Below, piece after piece: positions 38,041 to 47,093 of a stretch of 64,000 bases of DNA. The notes under the pieces were generated by a model. That model made no database searches. It was given only the letters and a program-made list of their open reading frames with translations, and had not been told where the DNA came from. Position numbers and translations under genes: made by a program. Source of the DNA: a virus (Duplodnaviria > Caudoviricetes); IMG/VR virus record IMGVR_UViG_3300003375_000001, positions 96,001-160,000 of that record. One strand, given 5' to 3'. Position 1 is the first letter of the stretch. Every line of letters begins with the position of its first letter.

Positions 38041-39147
38041 CGGTATACAGGTTCTTGGTACAAAAACTTTCCCCCAGCCTTTGAAGAGCTGGGGTTTGCC
38101 GTTACTGTGCTTGACGGTACGCCACTCACAGATACCATAAAAGTTGGTAGCTTTCTTGATATCAATTCCACGATAGCTTATAAGAACTCCCAAATGGGGA
38201 AGATAGCTGGCATGTTTCATAGAAAGGAAGTGCCTCAAGGCGCTCACTTCTATTTCATGGACATAGAATTCTGGGGAATTGAGTCGTTGCGCTTGATGGC
38301 TGACATGAACAACGTCAAGATTCATATATCCGGGTTCCTGCATGCGGCTTCTTACACAGTAGACGATGCGTTTTCTATTGCAGCTCCTTACCAGAGGTAT
38401 ACAGAGGTTGGCTGGATAGCGGCATTGGACTTGGTATTCGTTGGCTCGGAGTACCACAAGAGAGCACTAATAGACCGGCGTCTTACTCTACCAGGTCTAA
38501 GCGACTTGTCCAAGAAGGTAATCGTAACCGGCAACCCCTTGTTTCAATCTGATTATCCTGTTTATGGCTTGCCAAAGAAGAACCAGATAATACTGCCTAA
38601 TCGTATTGACTGGGGTAAGAGGCCTGACCTTAGTTTTGCTGTGGCTGCGTTGTTCAAGGCACAGAGACCTGATTGGAATGTAGTAGTAACAACAGGTAAA
38701 GAAACGTTGTCCAGTGATAAGCAATGGCTTAGTGACTATGCCTACTGGATGCAGAAGCTAGGAGTTCTTGAGATAAAAACCAACTGTACTAAGGAAGACT
38801 ACCATAAGACCTTAGCCGAAAGCAAGCTTATGATGTCATTCTCTATAGAGGAAAACTTCGGGTACTGTATAGCAGAAGCCATTATCTATAACGTACTGCC
38901 AATCCTTAGGTCAGGCTTGTCCCATGACGAATTTAGCCTTCCAGATGCCTGCTATTTTGATGACGAAGACGGAGCGTTAAAAACATTGTTGGCCCTTACG
39001 GATCTTAATAACTATAAGTATAAGCATAGAGTGACCATAGAGGATACCGTTAATACACTAAAGCACGGTAGCTGTAAGTATTTAGGCTACCCCGGTAACA
39101 ATACGTCTATACGGGAAATGGCTATTGAAATGAAGGCTCTGATATGA
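37987..39147 (+). CDS. GT-B fold glycosyltransferase-like protein
   Basis: LEPIASRYT..W, FLHAASY, NRIDWGKRP, EENFGYCIAEA (ExFG..E nucleotide-sugar motif). Confidence 0.75.
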   Translation: MQRPKTKLFLVTLEPIASRYTGSWYKNFPPAFEELGFAVTVLDGTPLTDTIKVGSFLDINSTIAYKNSQMGKIAGMFHRKEVPQGAHFYFMDIEFWGIESLRLMADMNNVKIHISGFLHAASYTVDDAFSIAAPYQRYTEVGWIAALDLVFVGSEYHKRALIDRRLTLPGLSDLSKKVIVTGNPLFQSDYPVYGLPKKNQIILPNRIDWGKRPDLSFAVAALFKAQRPDWNVVVTTGKETLSSDKQWLSDYAYWMQKLGVLEIKTNCTKEDYHKTLAESKLMMSFSIEENFGYCIAEAIIYNVLPILRSGLSHDEFSLPDACYFDDEDGALKTLLALTDLNNYKYKHRVTIEDTVNTLKHGSCKYLGYPGNNTSIREMAIEMKALI

Positions 39148-39602
39148 GACAAGACCTTGTTGTGTTTGACATTGACGGCTGCGTTATTGACTCTGAACAT
39201 CGAGTTGATCTAATGCATCAAGGCAAGATAGATCAGTACCATGCAAAGTGGGTAGACGACAAACCTATTAAACAAGGTTTGGTTATTTACGATCTGATCA
39301 TGAAGACCAGTGACCTTAAGTGGGTGTTCGTAACCGGTCGCTTCGAATCGTGTAGAGAGTACACCCAAGCTCAACTGGAAGGTATGTTTGGTGAAGTTGT
39401 CAACTCGAAGAACCTTTTGATGCGGCCTGACGGAATGACCTCAAAGGTTAAAGAAGACGCGGAGCTGAAGCCATGGCTGCTTGAACGCGCCGGCTACTCG
39501 CTGGATAGAGTTTTTCTTGTGTTCGAAGACCGTAACAGCATGGTTAAGGCCTGGCGCAAACTAGGCAAAGTGGTCTATCAAACCGCAGAAGGGGATTTTT
39601 GA
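39144..39602 (+). CDS. HAD phosphatase (PNKP-like)
   Basis: VFDIDG, VTGR, LLMRP, FEDR. Confidence 0.88.
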   Translation: MRQDLVVFDIDGCVIDSEHRVDLMHQGKIDQYHAKWVDDKPIKQGLVIYDLIMKTSDLKWVFVTGRFESCREYTQAQLEGMFGEVVNSKNLLMRPDGMTSKVKEDAELKPWLLERAGYSLDRVFLVFEDRNSMVKAWRKLGKVVYQTAEGDF

Positions 39603-40414
39603 TGACTATACCTATCGTCGTGCAGAATGCCGACATCAATTTGACCAAGAACTTCTTTAAGAACTTCAAAGAAGATGAGCTAGCTGTTCACGGTACATTT
39701 TACACAGTACAAGGTGAGGGGCCCTTAGCAGGTATTCCTGCCTGGTTCATTAGGCTGGCCGGTTGCAACTTCGGTGCCAAGGACATAGCTTGCAGTTTTT
39801 GCGATACGGCTTTTAGTGTTATGAAGTCTAAGGTAAGGACCATTCACGATCTGTGCAATGAGTTTTATTCCCTTTGCTACGGCTTAGGCTTTGTCCCAGT
39901 AGTGGTTATAACTGGAGGTGAACCCCTGCTCCAAGATAACGTAGAAGGGCTGGTTAGCGCCTTGCTGACTAAGACCAGTCTTTACTATGTGCCTAATACC
40001 AAGGTTCAGATAGAGACAAATGGTACACAGATACCCGTTGTTAAAAGGCTACTAAGAGACTGGGAAGACGAAGAAAATTTCGCTTTGGTAATAAGTCCAA
40101 AGACTGTTAAAGGTAGCTATGGGTTAGAAAAAGACTACGGGTATAAGACTGGATACTACTATAAGTTTGTAGTGTCCGCTGACCCTAACAACCCACATCA
40201 TGAGGTACCCAAATGGGCAGACAACATTATCACGTACGTTTCTCCTATGACAGTGTATAAAAAAGCGTACGAAGGTGAAGTGTCGAGCGTTTGGGACGGT
40301 GACCTCATAGACAGAGAAGCCACTAAAGCCAACTATGAATACGCGGCTAAGCTGGCTATGAAATACGGCTATAGGGTGTCTGTTCAAATGCACACCTTTC
40401 TTAATATCGCATAG
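39599..40414 (+). CDS. queE: 7-carboxy-7-deazaguanine synthase (radical SAM)
   Basis: FYTVQGEG..G.PAWFIRLAGCN......CSFCDT, TGGEPLLQ, IETNG, SPK, SVQMH. Confidence 0.92.
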   Translation: MMTIPIVVQNADINLTKNFFKNFKEDELAVHGTFYTVQGEGPLAGIPAWFIRLAGCNFGAKDIACSFCDTAFSVMKSKVRTIHDLCNEFYSLCYGLGFVPVVVITGGEPLLQDNVEGLVSALLTKTSLYYVPNTKVQIETNGTQIPVVKRLLRDWEDEENFALVISPKTVKGSYGLEKDYGYKTGYYYKFVVSADPNNPHHEVPKWADNIITYVSPMTVYKKAYEGEVSSVWDGDLIDREATKANYEYAAKLAMKYGYRVSVQMHTFLNIA

Positions 40415-40417
40415 ATC

Positions 40418-41269
40418 ATGAACCACATACACGAAAAGCATAGTCTTGAGTCCTCGATAAGAGGTATGTATCCTCAGGACGCAGAAACCCTTGTCGATCA
40501 CGCTGCTGACATTAAAACGGCTATAGCAAAGTATTGTAGTGACGAGGAGTCATTGTCCATGCTTGACGGTCAAGCGTCTGAGTCGGAGCTTGCAAACTTT
40601 GCAGACACACCTATTCGTGCGGCTAAGGCTTTGCAGGGAGTGCTTAAAGAAGTAGCACGCTTGGAAGAGGACACTTGTCAGCCTCTTTACCTTCATCGCG
40701 TGCTTAACGACAGAAAGACTCTTATAGACAGCCTAATGGCTAAGCCTAGATACTTCGCGGAAGTAAAGGAAATCATCGCTACAGGTTTTCCTACAGAGGA
40801 TGAGGACTGTGGCATTGTCACTCAAGGGCCCATTCATGCAAAAGGTCTATGCCCCCATCACTTCCTTCCGGTTTACTACACGGCCTTTATTGCTTACAAA
40901 CCCACAAAGGGTGGGTATGTACTTGGTCTAAGCAAACTGGCGCGCATTGTGATCGCCTTAGCCGCTCGCCCCGTTTTGCAAGAACAACTTACTGCCGATA
41001 TTGCCGACGTTCTATATAGGCACAAACAATCCAGTGTGCCTAGCGCGCAGGCTATTACAGTGAAGCCTACTGAGTCAAGACCTTGTATAGACAGCGATGG
41101 TTCAGCTCTACAGCTAATTGGTGAGCACACCTGCATGTCGTGCCGTGGCGTACGGTCTAACGCACGTACACTAACCACTGTTCTAAGAGGTGCATTCTCA
41201 AAAGACTTACACCTCAAAAGCGAGTTCTATTCCGCTATAGAAGCCATTAGACAGACGCGAAATGGCTAA
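40418..41269 (+). CDS. folE: GTP cyclohydrolase I
   Basis: DTP.RAAK, LCPHHFLP, LGLSKLARIV, LQEQLT, HTCMSCRGV. Confidence 0.93.
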   Translation: MNHIHEKHSLESSIRGMYPQDAETLVDHAADIKTAIAKYCSDEESLSMLDGQASESELANFADTPIRAAKALQGVLKEVARLEEDTCQPLYLHRVLNDRKTLIDSLMAKPRYFAEVKEIIATGFPTEDEDCGIVTQGPIHAKGLCPHHFLPVYYTAFIAYKPTKGGYVLGLSKLARIVIALAARPVLQEQLTADIADVLYRHKQSSVPSAQAITVKPTESRPCIDSDGSALQLIGEHTCMSCRGVRSNARTLTTVLRGAFSKDLHLKSEFYSAIEAIRQTRNG

Positions 41270-41298
41270 TTTTCGCTAAAAAGTGTCGTTTTTACGTC

Positions 41299-41374
41299 GA
41301 AAATGGACAAAAATAGCGAAAAATCGGCATTTTTGTCCATTTTCTGCATTTTCTTGTTGAATTTTGTCCATTTT
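41299..41374. repeat. 16-bp perfect inverted repeat plus a third copy of TTTTGTCCATTTT
   Basis: GAAAATGGACAAAAAT 41299-41314 / ATTTTTGTCCATTTTC 41329-41344; third copy at 41362-41374 in the promoter spacer. Confidence 0.9.
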
Positions 41375-41385
41375 GGTGTTAAACT
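41357..41385 (+). promoter_or_regulatory. sigma70 promoter TTGAAT-17 bp-TAAACT with extended TG
   Basis: -35 at 41357-41362, TG 41377-78, -10 at 41380-41385, phased A/T tracts upstream. Confidence 0.8.
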
Positions 41386-41450
41386 GAAAGCACACAAACA
41401 GAGAAGCACTCACTCTGAAAACTGAGCGCAACTTTTGAAAGAGTCTCATC

Positions 41451-41882
41451 ATGCAACGCACTCACGTCAACCAATTCGTCAAGTTCAACCCTGAAGTCGC
41501 AGCCAACACGCGCTTTGTTCAGATCGATGGCCAGCGCAAAACGTTCTTCCGTGTCGTGGTCAAGGGCATTGGCGACAAGTTCATCATGCCAACAGACGAC
41601 GGTGTATTCCGCCCCTTCGCTTCGCCCCGCTCGGAGGCTCTTGAAGGCTTCGATGGCAAGACCGCCAAGGAAGTTTGGCTCAAGCTGGCCGAGTCGATTC
41701 GTCAGAATGGTGTGTTTCCTGAAGCTGGCCGCAAGACGAAGAAGGCCAAGGTTGTCGCAGTCAAGGCAACTAAGCCGGTCAAGGCTGCGAAGAAGGTTCA
41801 TGGCGAGATCGTGGGCAAGAGCCGGAAGGGAAAGGTTCGCGGCGAAGACTTTGACTTCGAACAGATGTCGGCAAACATGTGA
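41451..41882 (+). CDS. monocistronic probable early protein with Lys/Ala-rich tail
   Basis: Own promoter and terminator; strongly C-ending codon usage. Confidence 0.8.
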   Translation: MQRTHVNQFVKFNPEVAANTRFVQIDGQRKTFFRVVVKGIGDKFIMPTDDGVFRPFASPRSEALEGFDGKTAKEVWLKLAESIRQNGVFPEAGRKTKKAKVVAVKATKPVKAAKKVHGEIVGKSRKGKVRGEDFDFEQMSANM

Positions 41883-41902
41883 GAACGTAAGCTCACATAA
41901 AC

Positions 41903-41935
41903 GAAAAGGGCCACTAGGCCCTTTTCCTATTTCTG
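41903..41935 (+). terminator. intrinsic terminator
   Basis: GAAAAGGGCC-ACTA-GGCCCTTTTC followed by T-rich sequence. Confidence 0.85.
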
Positions 41936-41954
41936 CCTTTTTGCGAGGTGTCTC

Positions 41955-42434
41955 ATGAGAACCAAATTCTTAGTCCTGTTAACGAGAGAAGACGGACAGC
42001 AAAGGTATCTTAATAGCGCGACGGCCAAGCTGGAACGAGGCTATTACAAGGAGACGGGCGTAGCTATAAACAGGCTACTTGCGTTCGTGAAGAATCGGCC
42101 TACATGGAAAGGCTGTGTATACCAAGTTGGTCCTAGCTACCGACTCCTGGCCAGCCAAATAGTTTTCGCCACACTCAACCTAAGAAGTCAAACCATGAAA
42201 TTCAATCGAGAAGACGTCCAGCTGCGAGATACAGAGTCAGGAGACGTTACTACAACAACGATCTACTCCGCAGTATACGACAAAGACCTTTACGAGGTCA
42301 CAACGTTTCTAGGTACGCTGTTGTATAGAAAGAATGGTAGAGACTGGATGCCATATTCTGAGAGTCACGCCCACGCCTGGATAGTAGACCACTTCCAGTT
42401 GAAGAACACAGTAGCCCGGGAGGACTTACAGTGA
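41955..42434 (+). CDS. hypothetical protein
   Basis: GAGGT RBS. Confidence 0.7.
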   Translation: MRTKFLVLLTREDGQQRYLNSATAKLERGYYKETGVAINRLLAFVKNRPTWKGCVYQVGPSYRLLASQIVFATLNLRSQTMKFNREDVQLRDTESGDVTTTTIYSAVYDKDLYEVTTFLGTLLYRKNGRDWMPYSESHAHAWIVDHFQLKNTVAREDLQ

Positions 42435-42613
42435 TAACGATTTATGTACTGATGGCGGTGTTCGCCATCTGCCTGGTCTACCTGTTTCTAACTGAGCCAA
42501 GTAGACTGGAGCGAGAGTTGAAACAAGCGAAGGCTTGGGAAGAAGCCGGGGTAAAGGTTTGCAGTCAAAGGCAAAAGCAAGCGAAACGACTAAGGTCGAG
42601 GCGTCACTGTTAA
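42431..42613 (+). CDS. small membrane protein
   Basis: GGAGG RBS, GTG start, N-terminal TM helix. Confidence 0.6.
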   Translation: MITIYVLMAVFAICLVYLFLTEPSRLERELKQAKAWEEAGVKVCSQRQKQAKRLRSRRHC

Positions 42614-42654
42614 TAAGTAATGCAAAAGCACAACACCTCTATAAGGAGAGTTTC

Positions 42655-43020
42655 ATGCAACGTATTTCTTCAGATGACCTGCAACGCCAAACTGATCCTC
42701 AGAAAGCTCTGAACAAACAGGACTACAGAGGGCGGCTCACCCAGATGTTTCCGTGGTTGCCTAAGGATTTTTCTCTTCAGACAAATCCGGTTTCTGGTGT
42801 TGAGGACACAGACAAACTCTGTCAGCGGATAGAAAGAGTTTATAGAACTCACCTTACCTGCTCTGATCCTTCTTACCTGCGTAGAGAAGCATTCAGGGCA
42901 ATAGCCTTAGTTCGTTCCACAAAGAACGGCTGGCAAGCGGACTACGGGTCGCGTAACCATCGACCACAAACCGTGGTACATGCCTTTCCTCAAACAGCGT
43001 TTCCTTATAGCCGGCCTTGA
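42655..43020 (+). CDS. hypothetical protein
   Basis: AAGGAG RBS before ATG 42655. Confidence 0.7.
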   Translation: MQRISSDDLQRQTDPQKALNKQDYRGRLTQMFPWLPKDFSLQTNPVSGVEDTDKLCQRIERVYRTHLTCSDPSYLRREAFRAIALVRSTKNGWQADYGSRNHRPQTVVHAFPQTAFPYSRP

Positions 43021-43023
43021 GTC

Positions 43024-43248
43024 ATGTCAGACTCACCTCAGCCAACGGCGCAGCCTATCAAAAAGCTTACAGTAAAGAAATACTTTGAGCTGGAAAGCGA
43101 ATGGGTAAACGCGCAGGGTCGTAGACGAACATTCGGGCGATGGTTTCTTCAAACATACTTTCCAAACGTCACTGACGACGACTTGTATAACTGCAAGGAA
43201 ACCTATAGAGCTTCTTTAATCATTCTGGCCAAGTACATTCTACCTTAG
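43024..43248 (+). CDS. hypothetical protein
   Basis: Abutting ORF. Confidence 0.65.
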   Translation: MSDSPQPTAQPIKKLTVKKYFELESEWVNAQGRRRTFGRWFLQTYFPNVTDDDLYNCKETYRASLIILAKYILP

Positions 43249-43258
43249 GAGAATTGTC

Positions 43259-43846
43259 ATGTCTCTTTTGAAATTGGAAGTAGGTGTTACGTACCAAGTT
43301 ATTATGAATCCTCAGGCTCTGGTAGGAGATGAGTCGCCAGGCAAAAGTTTACCTGTGCCATACTCCTTAGTGTGTAGGGCAGATGTCGTATGGGAAGCCC
43401 GAATAATCGAATTACAGCAGACCATTGTTCGTGGAAGCACTGGACTATTCACGACAAAAGTAGTTTGGAGCTTGATGTCTAAAGAATACCCTCTACTGGT
43501 ATTGAGGGCCGTTCACTACGAACCTCTTGGCACGGAGCGTCTGTTCAAGTTGGTTTTGCCTTCGCAAACCTCTGTACCAGAATCGGCCAAGCCTCATGTG
43601 AGCGCAGAAGAGGTTAAGCAACCAAAAGCAGGTGAGGTTAAAACGTGGAGGTTAACCCCTGGGACAGACGGCGTTCTATTGACGACACCAGGTGAACACG
43701 ACGTACTGACTAAGAGGCTGACCGTGTTTGTTCCGGTCAGCACAGTCTTTAGCGAAGACGAAGACCAGCCGTTTTTATCCTGCATGGGAATCCTTGTGCG
43801 TGAAGGTGAGAGCGTTTTTATAAAGAGGCCGTCCTACGTATGCTAG
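43259..43846 (+). CDS. hypothetical protein
   Basis: AGGAG RBS. Confidence 0.7.
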   Translation: MSLLKLEVGVTYQVIMNPQALVGDESPGKSLPVPYSLVCRADVVWEARIIELQQTIVRGSTGLFTTKVVWSLMSKEYPLLVLRAVHYEPLGTERLFKLVLPSQTSVPESAKPHVSAEEVKQPKAGEVKTWRLTPGTDGVLLTTPGEHDVLTKRLTVFVPVSTVFSEDEDQPFLSCMGILVREGESVFIKRPSYVC

Positions 43847-44409
43847 TAGCGTCTAGTCCAGTGGTACAAGACCTTCAGCTAGGCTTTGACACAATGTTTG
43901 AGAGTCCTCGAAAGAGGTCAACTAACTATGAGTCTGACGCCTGGGTAGAACTAAGGCGAATTGTAGTGGCCTTGATCCGAGACTCAACTTCGTGGGTCCC
44001 ATCACGGCAGCTAACACAGAAGGTTTATGCTTACTTCCTGCCTGAAGGTATGCGTAAAGCAGAGACCATGAAACGCAAGACAGGCGAACTGCTTCCGCAC
44101 ATGGTGAAAGAAGGAACTCTGCTGATTCACTTGTCACGGTTATGCCAGGAAGAGGCTTCGGCACTAGTAAAGTCTAAGTATGCTTCCTATATGTGGTCAG
44201 GCACAGAGATTGAGGAGGACACAGACCTAGACGTAAGCCCAACCGCAGTAGAAGTATTATCCAAGCTATTCCCCGTTTTTGTGCCGGGTACTACGCACAG
44301 AACCACGTATGTCCTCAGTCCAAATCTTTGGTACCTTGATGACTATTTAGAACCAGACCAAACCATGGTATGCTACCCCAAACTTGTAGAAGAGGTTTTA
44401 TATGACTAA
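43840..44409 (+). CDS. hypothetical protein
   Basis: Overlapping ORF. Confidence 0.7.
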   Translation: MLVASSPVVQDLQLGFDTMFESPRKRSTNYESDAWVELRRIVVALIRDSTSWVPSRQLTQKVYAYFLPEGMRKAETMKRKTGELLPHMVKEGTLLIHLSRLCQEEASALVKSKYASYMWSGTEIEEDTDLDVSPTAVEVLSKLFPVFVPGTTHRTTYVLSPNLWYLDDYLEPDQTMVCYPKLVEEVLYD

Positions 44410-44848
44410 CAAGAGGCATAGCCTTATAGAATTCGTGGCACCTGCTTTGATATCTAAAGTCAGGAAGTCAGCTACTCTTATAACGTACCCCTCGAGGATA
44501 CGTCCCCGGTCTTCAGACACTATGGTGCTCCTAGGCGACCCTTTAGTTAACGCGGTTAGAACTGCTCAGATGCAAGGCACCGCGCAAGGTCTTGTTCAAG
44601 AGGAGGACTTGACCGAGTTTATCAACACGGCTGTTAGTGCTACGATTAAAGAAATTCTTTCAGAGATTTCCTCTGTAGCCAACAACGCGCATAAGGAAGG
44701 TAAGTTTAGAGACGCTGCTATTCTCTTTAATCTTATTAAAGACCTGGACGAAAAATTCAAACCTCCACACCATGAAGCCTCTAGCCAGCCAAGCCTTATC
44801 GACAATGAATCTGGCAACCCTAGTGGAATCAGTAGCGAAGGCAATTAA
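44402..44848 (+). CDS. hypothetical protein
   Basis: GAGG RBS. Confidence 0.7.
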   Translation: MTNKRHSLIEFVAPALISKVRKSATLITYPSRIRPRSSDTMVLLGDPLVNAVRTAQMQGTAQGLVQEEDLTEFINTAVSATIKEILSEISSVANNAHKEGKFRDAAILFNLIKDLDEKFKPPHHEASSQPSLIDNESGNPSGISSEGN

Positions 44849-44972
44849 CATACAGGCCGAAGGGCATTCAAACTACTGGGTTGGCTACAGGCCTATGGCC
44901 GAAGCCGCACTTTATACAATAGACAGTTTGTTGCTGTCTAAGGAGAAAAATGATGGTAAACAAGTTCCTTGA
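44805..44972 (+). CDS. possible small protein
   Basis: Fills the gap between 44848 and 44950; start uncertain. Confidence 0.4.
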   Translation: MNLATLVESVAKAINIQAEGHSNYWVGYRPMAEAALYTIDSLLLSKEKNDGKQVP

Positions 44973-45564
44973 AATGGTCAAGTCTTTCTTTGCCCCATTG
45001 ATGTGGAAAAGCCCCCAGACCAACAAGCACGTAGACGACGAAGTGGATAAGCCCCTGGTAGAAAAACCGGCATTTGAGGGGTTGGTGGAAGTCACGTTTA
45101 ATACCCGTCTTTGTATTCACGTAACAGAGCCCTACCGTTTCCAAATGGACAACGATAGAGGAGCTATGTCCTCTGGGCGTGTCTATCAGGCAACGACTGT
45201 CTTTATTGCTAAGGAAATTGACGCAAAAACTCTTATGGCCGCCAAAGACTTTCTGGCCAGGGTAAAGGAGCTGGTAGCTTGTACCAGCTTAAAGGCCGCT
45301 TGTGACACGGCTTTCTCCATGTATATGACTGATACATTCTTGTCCGTCAAGACGGGGGAAAGTCTGGAGTGTTTTTCTTTAGCGGGGATTAGCCTTACAA
45401 CAATAACCCACGCTATTAGGGTTAGGGACGCATTTGGTAGCGATGAATCATTAACCACTGAGAAAGGGTTAGTAGTTCTTCAAGACCTTATAGACACTTG
45501 GTCTTCACACCTGAGTAAAGCACGGTCAGAGGTTTCAAAAGCTGAAGGTCAAAGCAATGCTTAA
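44950..45564 (+). CDS. hypothetical protein
   Basis: AAGGAG RBS. Confidence 0.7.
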   Translation: MMVNKFLEMVKSFFAPLMWKSPQTNKHVDDEVDKPLVEKPAFEGLVEVTFNTRLCIHVTEPYRFQMDNDRGAMSSGRVYQATTVFIAKEIDAKTLMAAKDFLARVKELVACTSLKAACDTAFSMYMTDTFLSVKTGESLECFSLAGISLTTITHAIRVRDAFGSDESLTTEKGLVVLQDLIDTWSSHLSKARSEVSKAEGQSNA

Positions 45565-46393
45565 GCAACTTAGCGACGAGACCGACTGGTTCTCTAGTGA
45601 CTTGCACCTCGGTCATAAGCCTATAGTAGAAGACCGCGGTTTCTCGTCCATAGAAGAAATGGACGAGGCAGTAATCCGGTCTATAAATAGCTCTGTGCAA
45701 CCTCTTGACCGTTTGTACCTCCTAGGTGACATATCTTTTCATAAGCAAGAGCGCACAGCAGAACTTCTAAACGAGATCCACTGCAAGAACATCATCCTTG
45801 TAAGGGGAAATCACGATAAGGTGTTGTCAAAGCCAAGCCTGCGTGAAAGGTTTTTTCATGTAGACGGCCTGTTGCGAAAGACGTTTAGACTGGTATATGA
45901 TCACGGAGAGTCCATATCGGTGCCAATGACTCTAAGTCATGATCCCCTGTACGTTTGGGACCGCATGCACCATGGAGCGTTTCAACTACACGGGCACAGT
46001 CACGGGTCATGCATATATCCTAGTGAGGCCCGCCAGTTAGACGTAGGCTGGGACATCTATTGTCGGCCACTATCTTTGATAGAGGTTTACTCCAAGTTGA
46101 TACACAAGCCTATTCCTATTCGTGACTGGCACATATATCCAGGTAGGACTGAGGCTAACGACTACAGGGAAATAAGGTCTTCGTTAGAAGCCATACAGAC
46201 TAAGATAACTCTGGCCCTAGCGGTTTCGCCTGACGTAACTCTAGTGCAGTCCCACTTTGAAACCATATTCGAATTGGGAGACATCCAGAACGTTCTGGTA
46301 AGCCTAGGTAACACGGTTAACAACCGAAAGATGGCGATAGAACGAGAGTTAGCGTCACTGGCTTTCGAACAGGAGAGATTCAAAAATGATTGA
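45557..46393 (+). CDS. calcineurin-like metallophosphoesterase
   Basis: SDLHLGH, LGD, RGNHD, LSH.P, HGHSH. Confidence 0.9.
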   Translation: MLKQLSDETDWFSSDLHLGHKPIVEDRGFSSIEEMDEAVIRSINSSVQPLDRLYLLGDISFHKQERTAELLNEIHCKNIILVRGNHDKVLSKPSLRERFFHVDGLLRKTFRLVYDHGESISVPMTLSHDPLYVWDRMHHGAFQLHGHSHGSCIYPSEARQLDVGWDIYCRPLSLIEVYSKLIHKPIPIRDWHIYPGRTEANDYREIRSSLEAIQTKITLALAVSPDVTLVQSHFETIFELGDIQNVLVSLGNTVNNRKMAIERELASLAFEQERFKND

Positions 46394-47093
46394 TGCCATA
46401 AAATACGGTGTATCCGTATATCTAAAGAGCGCCCGCCACCTTCTTGTCCAACGCGCCAAGTGCGTGGTCGGGCGCTCTTTCGTTTACGTCAACCCTGCAG
46501 ACACACGTGTCCGTGACCCTTTTGGCGCGTTGTTAACGCAAGGTGCTCTTAAAGCTATGCCTGGCATCATAGGCGCTAGCTCGTTAAGCGCCGAAGACTG
46601 GACAAAAGCTTTAGTACTATCCGGCATTGATCCCAGTGTGTTCTACGTCACGGAAGCGCTAGCTCGGTTATCTCACATTCACGATCAAGAGAGTGTAGCC
46701 ACGTGGGACTCCTGTATACGCTTACAGTTTCAGGAACTATTTCCTCCTGTTCCCTGGATGCCTGAAATGACCTCTTATGTTAGAGGTGGCGCTTTAGGCC
46801 CCTATGGTATGCCTCTTCTCCGACATGACGACTTAGGGTCTATTAAGCATGTAGACTTTGAGGAGGCTATGAACCGTCTCACTTTGGAAGCAGACCTTAG
46901 CGCAGGTAAGTTTGACTTCGAGTTACAAACACTGTATGGAAACCTAGGCAAAGAGGTTGTGAAGAGGTTTACGTCTCACAACAAATGTCCTGTAGATTCT
47001 ATACAGTTGAAGCGGGGCGCTATAAAAGAAGTCTTAGACCGCATCGATACCTTAACTAAGAAGCCGTGGGCTGGTGAAAATGATTACTCCTGA
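46386..47093 (+). CDS. hypothetical protein
   Basis: AGGAG RBS. Confidence 0.7.
   Translation: MIDAIKYGVSVYLKSARHLLVQRAKCVVGRSFVYVNPADTRVRDPFGALLTQGALKAMPGIIGASSLSAEDWTKALVLSGIDPSVFYVTEALARLSHIHDQESVATWDSCIRLQFQELFPPVPWMPEMTSYVRGGALGPYGMPLLRHDDLGSIKHVDFEEAMNRLTLEADLSAGKFDFELQTLYGNLGKEVVKRFTSHNKCPVDSIQLKRGAIKEVLDRIDTLTKKPWAGENDYS

Noticed and set aside
7888-41385. CTGTTAA as a phage-specific promoter motif (intergenic hits near 7889, 11082, 22227, 25365, 28225)
   Set aside because: It also occurs repeatedly inside genes (e.g. near 33218, 34962, 41975, 56368), so enrichment cannot be shown without counting
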